Positions 8,726 through 14,348 of a stretch of DNA of 32,000 bases are shown here, in pieces (within the stretch, counting starts at the first letter, position 1; each line of letters begins with the position of its first letter). The DNA comes from Sinorhizobium meliloti (GTDB lineage: Bacteria; Pseudomonadota; Alphaproteobacteria; Rhizobiales; Rhizobiaceae), in assembly GCF_017876815.1 (NCBI RefSeq), contig NZ_JAGIOS010000001.1:1-32000 (forward strand), in the 5' to 3' direction. A program made the translations under genes and the position numbers. Below the pieces are notes generated by a model, which was given only the letters and a program-made list of their open reading frames with translations, did not search any database and was not told the origin of the DNA.

Positions 8726-8959
8726 CGGGGCGGCGCGGTTCAGCCTGCGTTCAGGCGAAATCCGCCAAATATGACAGGCGTCACGCAATGATCTGTTGAC
8801 CTTATGGTCGCAAAGTCATTCTGTACAGCTGAACCCGGAGGGGATGAGGAAAGGCGTTCGGCGTTTCCGCCCGCATCCCGCTTCGACCACTAGAATCGAT
8901 CGCGCCGAGACCCCAGATGGCGGGAAATGAGGACTGTCGTGTCCAGAGAAACCGAATCC

Positions 8960-9547
8960 ATGCCAACGCCCATAGCCTATAGCATCCCAAATCTGCTGAC
9001 CTATTTCCGCATCCTCATCGTGCCGCTGATCGTCTTCTGCTTCTTCATCGAAGGCCGGCTTCACAGCTCGGATTTTGCGCGCTGGACCGCGCTCATCCTC
9101 TTTGTCGCGGCTTCGATCACGGACTTCTTCGACGGCTATCTCGCCCGCATATGGAAGCAGACCTCGAATATCGGCCGCATGCTCGACCCGATCGCGGACA
9201 AGCTGCTGGTCGCCTCGATCCTGCTGCTCGTGGCCGCCGACGGAACGATCGCCGGCTGGTCGATCTGGGCTGCCATCATCATCCTCTGCCGCGAGATACT
9301 GGTTTCCGGCCTCCGCGAATATCTTGCAGCCCTCAAGGTCAGCGTTCCGGTGACGCGGGTTGCCAAATGGAAGACGACGATCCAGATGGTCGCGATCGCC
9401 TTCCTGCTCGCCGGTCCCGCCGGCGACAAGATCGTGCCCTATGTGACGGAAGCCGGTATCCTGCTGCTGTGGATCGCCGCGGCCATCACACTCTATACCG
9501 GCTACGACTATTTCCGCGCCGGCCTGAAACATGTGGTCAACGAATGA
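8960..9547 (+). CDS. pgsA: CDP-diacylglycerol--glycerol-3-phosphate 3-phosphatidyltransferase
   Basis: NLLTYFRI... plus the CDP-alcohol phosphatidyltransferase motif DFFDGYLAR...G..LDPIADK. The alternative upstream start is 8927. Confidence 0.88.
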   Translation: MPTPIAYSIPNLLTYFRILIVPLIVFCFFIEGRLHSSDFARWTALILFVAASITDFFDGYLARIWKQTSNIGRMLDPIADKLLVASILLLVAADGTIAGWSIWAAIIILCREILVSGLREYLAALKVSVPVTRVAKWKTTIQMVAIAFLLAGPAGDKIVPYVTEAGILLLWIAAAITLYTGYDYFRAGLKHVVNE

Positions 9548-9804
9548 GCACGGTAAACCTCGTCTATTTCTCCTGGGTTCGCGAGCGCATCGGCAGGCCT
9601 GAAGAAACACTGGACCTGCCGGAGAATGTCGTCACGATCGCCGACCTGCTGGGCCATCTGAAGACCCGCGGTGAGGAATATGCCGCGGTTTTCGAGCACG
9701 CGAACGTCATCCGCGCGGCGATCAACCAGGAACATGTGGAGCACGGCGAGCCGATCGCCGGCGCCCGAGAGATCGCCCTCTTCCCGCCGATGACGGGCGG
9801 CTGA
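9544..9804 (+). CDS. moaD: Molybdopterin synthase sulfur-carrier subunit MoaD
   Basis: This 86-aa protein ends in the obligatory C-terminal GG (..FPPMTGG). Its ATG overlaps the pgsA stop (ATGA). It sits inside the longer track ORF 9151..9804. Confidence 0.85.
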   Translation: MSTVNLVYFSWVRERIGRPEETLDLPENVVTIADLLGHLKTRGEEYAAVFEHANVIRAAINQEHVEHGEPIAGAREIALFPPMTGG

Positions 9805-9808
9805 AGCC

Positions 9809-10276
9809 ATGGCCGCCCCCGTCACCGTGCGCGTCCAGCGCGACGACTTCGACATCGCCGCCGAAGTCTCGGCGCTTTGCCGTGCGCGGACTGACATCGG
9901 TGCGGTGGTCACGTTTTCGGGGCTGTGCCGGGACGAGGCCGGAGCCCTCAGTGCGCTCGAGCTCGAGCATTATCCCGGCATGGCAGAGGCGGAGATCGAA
10001 CGGATATGCCACGAAGCGGTCGAGCGCTTCGGCCTGCAGGCTGCAACCGCCATCCATCGCTTCGGCCGCATGGAGCCGGGAGCGAATATCGTCCTGGTGG
10101 TGACCGCCTCGCCGCACCGGCAGGCGGCATTCGATGGCGCGAATTTCATCATGGATTTCCTGAAGACCTCGGCCCCCTTCTGGAAGAAGGAACATCACGC
10201 CGACGGCAGCGCAGGCGATTGGGTCAGCGCGAAGGATGCGGACGACGCGGCACGCGATCGCTGGACGCGCCGCTGA
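9809..10276 (+). CDS. moaE: Molybdopterin synthase catalytic subunit MoaE
   Basis: GAVVTFSGLCRD...LEHYPGMAE...VVTASPHRQAAF...FIMDFLKTSAPFWKKE are classical MoaE blocks. The gene starts 4 nt after moaD. Confidence 0.9.
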   Translation: MAAPVTVRVQRDDFDIAAEVSALCRARTDIGAVVTFSGLCRDEAGALSALELEHYPGMAEAEIERICHEAVERFGLQAATAIHRFGRMEPGANIVLVVTASPHRQAAFDGANFIMDFLKTSAPFWKKEHHADGSAGDWVSAKDADDAARDRWTRR

Positions 10277-10294
10277 TCTCTCACGCCGCCTGAA

Positions 10295-10338
10295 TCACGA
10301 TGTTTTTAGGTCGGGTCGACCTAAAAACATGAGCGTGA
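10295..10338. terminator. Long A/T-rich hairpin between convergent moaE and the LivH-like gene (possible bidirectional terminator or repeat)
   Basis: The core is atgtttttaggtcg-ggt-cgacctaaaaacat, a perfect 14-bp stem at 10300..10313 and 10317..10330. An outer tcacg/cgtga pairing extends it across a 3-nt bulge. Confidence 0.5.
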
Positions 10339-10405
10339 TAGATTCCAAGAAGTTGAGACGCGCGATGCGGGCGGAAAACCGCGCACACTTTTCCTCTTCC
10401 CGCTC
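10339..10405 (-). repeat. Second, reverse-oriented copy of the dispersed rhizobial intergenic element
   Basis: The reverse complement reads ggaaaagtgtgcgcggttttccgcccgcatcgcgcgtctcaacttcttggaatc. It shares the aaaagtg.gcgc.gcgg.ttt core with 3296..3330. The boundaries are approximate. Confidence 0.4.
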
Positions 10406-10408
10406 TGA

Positions 10409-11305
10409 TCAGGGAATGATCTTTTCCCGGCGCGTGACCACGAGCACGATCACCAGAAAGCCGAATATGGCGAAGTCCCGCCAGAGGATGGGTCCATAGG
10501 CGCTCCACACCGTCTCCATGAGGCCGATGCCGGCTGCGCCCAGTGCCGCGAATAACGGCGAAGTCTGCCCGCCGATGGCGGCGATGAACAGGACCTTGAC
10601 CCCGAAGGTCAGCCCGGTGCCGAAATCCATGTTGCCGTAATAGGAAGCAGCGAGAATCCCGCAGAACGCAGCGATCAGCGACGCCACGCCATAGGCGGCG
10701 ATATAGACCGCTCCCGGATCGATGCCGCAAAGCGCGGCGGCCTTGCGATCCTCGGAAACGGCGCGCCAGTAGCGGCCTGCATAGGAACGGGTCAACAGCC
10801 AATGGCCGCCGGCGACAAGGGCCATCATGAGCGCGGTGTTGACGAGCTGCACGACCGTCAGCGCGACCGGAAAGGCAGGGTTCGGCCAGAACACCACCAC
10901 GTCGTTCAGGAAGGGCGGCAGCCAGAGGCTTCTGGTGTCGGAGGCGAGCCGGGCCGTTTCCATCAGCACCAGCAGGCTTCCGAGCGAGGCGACGACCACG
11001 GCATTGGCGGAGGAAAAAGCCAGGGGCCGCATGACGTAGCGGCCGGCAATAAGACCGGCACCTAGCCCGAATGCGAGCGCCGCTGTCGCCCCGAGCCCGA
11101 GCGCCGCCGGCAGTACCAGCCACAGCCGGTTCCAGCCGACATCCGCGAAGAGCACGAAGATTTGCCCGGCAAAGGCGAAGAGCGCGCCATAGGTCAGGTC
11201 CGCCCGCCGTGTGACAGCAAAGGCGATCGCGTATCCGAAGGCGAGCGCCGCATAAAGCGCGGCCACGGGTACGGCATTGGCGATCTGCTGCAGAAAATAG
11301 GCCAT
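10409..11305 (-). CDS. Branched-chain amino acid ABC transporter permease, LivH family (stand-alone)
   Basis: The N-terminus MAYFLQQIANAVPVAALYAALAFGYA resembles the canonical LivH start (MEYFLQQLxNG). It has about 8 hydrophobic segments and the conserved ..RAVSEDRKAAALCGID.. loop. I chose ATG 11305 rather than TTG 11326. Confidence 0.8.
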   Translation of the reverse strand: MAYFLQQIANAVPVAALYAALAFGYAIAFAVTRRADLTYGALFAFAGQIFVLFADVGWNRLWLVLPAALGLGATAALAFGLGAGLIAGRYVMRPLAFSSANAVVVASLGSLLVLMETARLASDTRSLWLPPFLNDVVVFWPNPAFPVALTVVQLVNTALMMALVAGGHWLLTRSYAGRYWRAVSEDRKAAALCGIDPGAVYIAAYGVASLIAAFCGILAASYYGNMDFGTGLTFGVKVLFIAAIGGQTSPLFAALGAAGIGLMETVWSAYGPILWRDFAIFGFLVIVLVVTRREKIIP

Positions 11306-11335
11306 GGCACATCCGCGTGGTGACAAGCGTACTAT

Positions 11336-11361
11336 AACTGGTAAAATGGCTTTTACCAGTT
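11336..11361. promoter_or_regulatory. Perfect 11-4-11 palindrome AACTGGTAAAA-tggc-TTTTACCAGTT in the 67-bp divergent intergenic region
   Basis: Read directly from the sequence. It ends 1 nt before the AGGA Shine-Dalgarno of the CGNR gene. It is a candidate operator or 5' leader hairpin. Confidence 0.55.
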
Positions 11362-11372
11362 AGGATTTTCGC

Positions 11373-11933
11373 ATGAGCTTCACCTGGACCGCACATCGAT
11401 TCTCCGGCGGCGCGCTCGCACTGGACGTCGCCAATTCCGTGGTCATGCGCTTCGATGCGGAGCGCAGGATCGATCGCTTCGACGACCCGGCCGCGATCGA
11501 CACCTTCGCCGAGGCCGCAAATCTCTACGGCGCCGAACGGAACCGTTTCGGCACGCTCGTCCCGGCAAAATCAGAGCGCCGAAATGCATTCATCGGATTG
11601 CGCGAGGCGACGGACCGCCATTTCCGCGCCCTGGTGAGGACTGAGGACCGGCCGGATCTCCTGGCCGACCTGCTCGAGGCGATCGCCACCGTCCTGCGTC
11701 AACCCGCAGACACGCGCAAAGGCACGCCGCTCGATGTGGCCACGGCGCATTCGGCACTTGGCCTCATTGCCGGACCGGAGAGGGAACGCCTGAAAATCTG
11801 CCCCAACTGCGCGTGGCTGTTTCTCGACCGCAGCCGCAACCGGAGCAGGACGTGGTGCGACATGGCGGTTTGCGGCAACCGGACGAAGGCCAGGCGCCAT
11901 TATCGCCGCAGCAGGGAGGAACCGAAGCCATGA
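11373..11933 (+). CDS. CGNR zinc-finger domain protein (ABATE N-domain plus zf-CGNR)
   Basis: The C-terminal region reads CPNCAWLFLDRSRNRSRTWCDMAVCGNRTKARRHY, which contains the eponymous CGNR motif and a Cys4-type finger. Confidence 0.85.
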   Translation: MSFTWTAHRFSGGALALDVANSVVMRFDAERRIDRFDDPAAIDTFAEAANLYGAERNRFGTLVPAKSERRNAFIGLREATDRHFRALVRTEDRPDLLADLLEAIATVLRQPADTRKGTPLDVATAHSALGLIAGPERERLKICPNCAWLFLDRSRNRSRTWCDMAVCGNRTKARRHYRRSREEPKP

Positions 11934-12433
11934 AGAGCGCCATGATATCCGCTCTGCTCGCCGCAGCGGTCGCTGCCGGCTGTCAACGCGAAAGCGGCAG
12001 GGATCCGCTCGAACTGACCGGCAAGATGTTCGTGTTCAACTATCGGCTGGCCTATGCGACCTATATGGTCACACTCAACAAGACGGAGCCGGTTCCGGAT
12101 GGAAGCACTGTCGTCGCAACCTTCGAAAACCCTGCCGGCGGCAATCCGCTGACGCTTGAACGGAAGCTTTTCCCGAAGCTGAACAAGGTGGTGCTGGAAA
12201 GTCCGGACATCACCTGCGTGAAGAAGCAGAGACCCTATGCCGTGACCATCGAGGTCAAAGGACCGGACGGGACATCGCTTCAGAGGCTGGAGACGACTGT
12301 CGTTTCGGACATCGATCAGGACGTGATGCCGGCGAAGCCCCTTGTCGAAGGTCCGGCCTACGACAAGAACCCGGAGGTCTTCAAGGACGGCAAGGCGCCG
12401 GCGCGCTTCGAGACCGCCACCTGTCCGACGTAA
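11930..12433 (+). CDS. Hypothetical lipoprotein
   Basis: MKSAMISALLAAAVAAGCQ carries a lipobox (AAGC). Its ATG overlaps the CGNR stop (ATGA at 11930..11933). I recognise no domain. Confidence 0.65.
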   Translation: MKSAMISALLAAAVAAGCQRESGRDPLELTGKMFVFNYRLAYATYMVTLNKTEPVPDGSTVVATFENPAGGNPLTLERKLFPKLNKVVLESPDITCVKKQRPYAVTIEVKGPDGTSLQRLETTVVSDIDQDVMPAKPLVEGPAYDKNPEVFKDGKAPARFETATCPT

Positions 12434-12460
12434 AAAGCCGGAGCGTCGCCGCCCCGGCTT
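12431..12460 (-). terminator. Likely ndk terminator (also follows the + strand lipoprotein gene)
   Basis: On the minus strand it reads aagccgg-(12 nt)-ccggctt followed by a T-run (ttttta). Confidence 0.5.
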
Positions 12461-12485
12461 GAAAATCACTTTGCTGGTTTACCGA

Positions 12486-12908
12486 TTAGCCGACGATCTC
12501 GGTGCCGGAGAACCAGTAGGCGATTTCCTCGGCAGCCGTTTCCGGGGCATCGGAACCGTGAACCGAGTTTTCGCCGATCGAAAGAGCGTGGACCTTGCGG
12601 ATCGTGCCCTCGGCAGCGTTGGCCGGGTTGGTAGCGCCCATGACTTCACGGTTCTTGGCAATGGCGTTTTCGCCTTCGAGAACCTGAACCACGGTCGGAC
12701 CCGAGGACATGAATTCGACGAGCTCGCCGAAGAACGGGCGCTCCTTGTGCACGGCATAGAAGCCTTCGGCTTCGCGGCGGCTCATCCAGACGCGCTTCGA
12801 GGCGACGACGCGAAGCCCGGCATCCTCCAGCATCTTGGTGATGGCGCCGGTCAGATTGCGCTTCGTCGCATCCGGCTTGATCATCGAAAAGGTACGTTCA
12901 ATCGCCAT
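12486..12908 (-). CDS. ndk: Nucleoside diphosphate kinase
   Basis: [14 protein letters not shown]...NSVHGSDA includes the active-site His. The 140-aa length is canonical. The track ORF start at 12947 is an upstream extension. Confidence 0.95.
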   Translation of the reverse strand: MAIERTFSMIKPDATKRNLTGAITKMLEDAGLRVVASKRVWMSRREAEGFYAVHKERPFFGELVEFMSSGPTVVQVLEGENAIAKNREVMGATNPANAAEGTIRKVHALSIGENSVHGSDAPETAAEEIAYWFSGTEIVG

Positions 12909-12964
12909 TGGCTCAATTTCCCTTGCTCTTGAGAAGTGGCGGTTCATTAGCCGCCAATTCCGCG

Positions 12965-12997
12965 CAAAACAAGGGGGCGCGGCGATGATTCGCCCCC
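12965..12997 (-). terminator. Rho-independent terminator after the second GST
   Basis: On the minus strand it reads gggggcg-aatcatcgccg-cgccccc followed by ttgttttg. Confidence 0.65.
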
Positions 12998-13010
12998 TCG
13001 TGCCGTAGTT

Positions 13011-13700
13011 TCACGCTGCTGTCACGCTGCGGCCCAGGCCATCGTGAAGGTCAAGGCAACGCTCGAACCAGTCGGTGACGACGTCGCCTGCGGCAAGCAG
13101 GCGATGTGGCGAAACGATGCGTGCCCATTGCAGCGCGCCGAAGACGATATAATCGGCAAAGAGCGGCCTGTCGCCGCCGAGGAACGGCTGAAACTTCAGC
13201 ATGTGGCGGATCGGTTCGAGCTTCGCCGAGAAGGTTTCGAGGTCTCCTCGCCCGGCCTCGGCGACCGCCTCCAGCGGCCTTCCGAAGCGCTCCTCGCGGC
13301 TCGCCCGGAAATAAGCCCGGTCGATCGGGTCGAGGCTGTCATGAATGTCCATGATCGCGATACGCCCGATCGCCGGATGCAATGTCGTTTGCGACCAGCC
13401 CTCGACGAAGCGCGCCATGGCCTTGCCGCCTTCGCCGGACAACAGGGGCGGACGATCGGGATAGGCCTCTTCGAGATAGAGAGCGATATCGAAGCTGTCG
13501 CTGACGAGCTTCTCTCCGTCGCGCAGCAGCGGAACGATCTTGGTCGCCCCCTGCTCCAGCCTCGGAATCTCGGTGAAGCCGACCGGCGCGATGTCGAAGG
13601 TTAGGCCCTTGTGGGCGAGCGACAGCTTCGTCTTCCACACATGCGGCGAAAAGGGGCGGCTCGTGTCGGTTCCGGAGAGTGCGTAGAGTTTGCGGGTCAT
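13011..13700 (-). CDS. Glutathione S-transferase family protein
   Basis: It has a thioredoxin-like N-domain (..KIVPLLRDGEKLVSDSFDIALYLEE..) and a helical C-domain. Length is 229 aa. Confidence 0.78.
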   Translation of the reverse strand: MTRKLYALSGTDTSRPFSPHVWKTKLSLAHKGLTFDIAPVGFTEIPRLEQGATKIVPLLRDGEKLVSDSFDIALYLEEAYPDRPPLLSGEGGKAMARFVEGWSQTTLHPAIGRIAIMDIHDSLDPIDRAYFRASREERFGRPLEAVAEAGRGDLETFSAKLEPIRHMLKFQPFLGGDRPLFADYIVFGALQWARIVSPHRLLAAGDVVTDWFERCLDLHDGLGRSVTAA

Positions 13701-13835
13701 TCAGGCTCCTGTACTTCGCTACCGGGCGACATAAGGGGAGCATCGCTTGCGGATCAATCATTAAATTTCATGAGTGGCATTTGCCACCGGAATACGAATT
13801 CGCGATAGGTTGCCGACCACACAAGGAGATTGCCG

Positions 13836-14348
13836 ATGCTCGACCATTACCGGATGTTTGCCGATTACAATCGCTGGGCGAACCGGCGTGTCTACGCCGC
13901 CGTCTCGGAACTATCGGATTCGGAATACCGGGAAGACAAGGGAGCGTTCTTCGGCTCGCTGCACGGGACGCTGAACCATATCCTCGTGGCGGACCGGATC
14001 TGGATGAAGCGGTTTACGAAAGAGGGCGAGGCGCCGTCGCGGCTCGACGCCATCCTGCACGAAGATCTCAACGGTCTGACGGCGGCGCGGGTGGCCGAGG
14101 ACGAGCGAATCATCGCCTGGATCGACAGCCTCGACGAGGAGCGTCTTGCGGGGCACTTCACCTATTCTCCGCTCACCAATCCGGTCGAGGTCACGGAACG
14201 GCTCGCACGGACGCTCGCTCACTTCTTCAACCATCAGACCCATCATCGTGGCCAGGCGCATGCGACCTTGACCGCGCTTAAGCACCCCTCACTGACGCTG
14301 GACCTGGTTTCCTTCCTGCGGACCGAGGGCAAGAAGTGGGCCGACTGA
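13836..14348 (+). CDS. DinB family (damage-inducible, metal-dependent four-helix bundle) protein
   Basis: MLDHYRMFADYNRWANRRV...GTLNHILVADRIW...HFFNHQTHHRGQ are the conserved DinB His motifs. An AAGGAG Shine-Dalgarno lies 7 nt before ATG 13836. The track start is TTG 13830. Confidence 0.85.
   Translation: MLDHYRMFADYNRWANRRVYAAVSELSDSEYREDKGAFFGSLHGTLNHILVADRIWMKRFTKEGEAPSRLDAILHEDLNGLTAARVAEDERIIAWIDSLDEERLAGHFTYSPLTNPVEVTERLARTLAHFFNHQTHHRGQAHATLTALKHPSLTLDLVSFLRTEGKKWAD

Noticed and set aside
6401-8788. 795-aa minus-strand ORF spanning all of uvrC
   Set aside because: It is fully antisense to an unambiguous uvrC. Long stop-free antisense frames are expected in high-GC coding DNA. It has no motifs and a biased R/A/G/D composition.
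8802-8990. 62-aa minus-strand ORF in the uvrC-pgsA gap
   Set aside because: It has no Shine-Dalgarno, overlaps the pgsA start on the opposite strand, and has a Trp/Arg-rich improbable composition.
10281-11396. 371-aa minus-strand ORF overlapping the LivH-like gene in another frame
   Set aside because: The alternative frame gives a coherent multi-TM LivH-like protein with a canonical N-terminus. This frame is Arg/Cys-rich and runs through the intergenic palindrome.
13774-13787. TGGCA..TTGC resemblance to a sigma-54 (-24/-12) promoter
   Set aside because: The GG and GC elements are only 5 nt apart instead of the required 10, so it is better described as a plain dyad.
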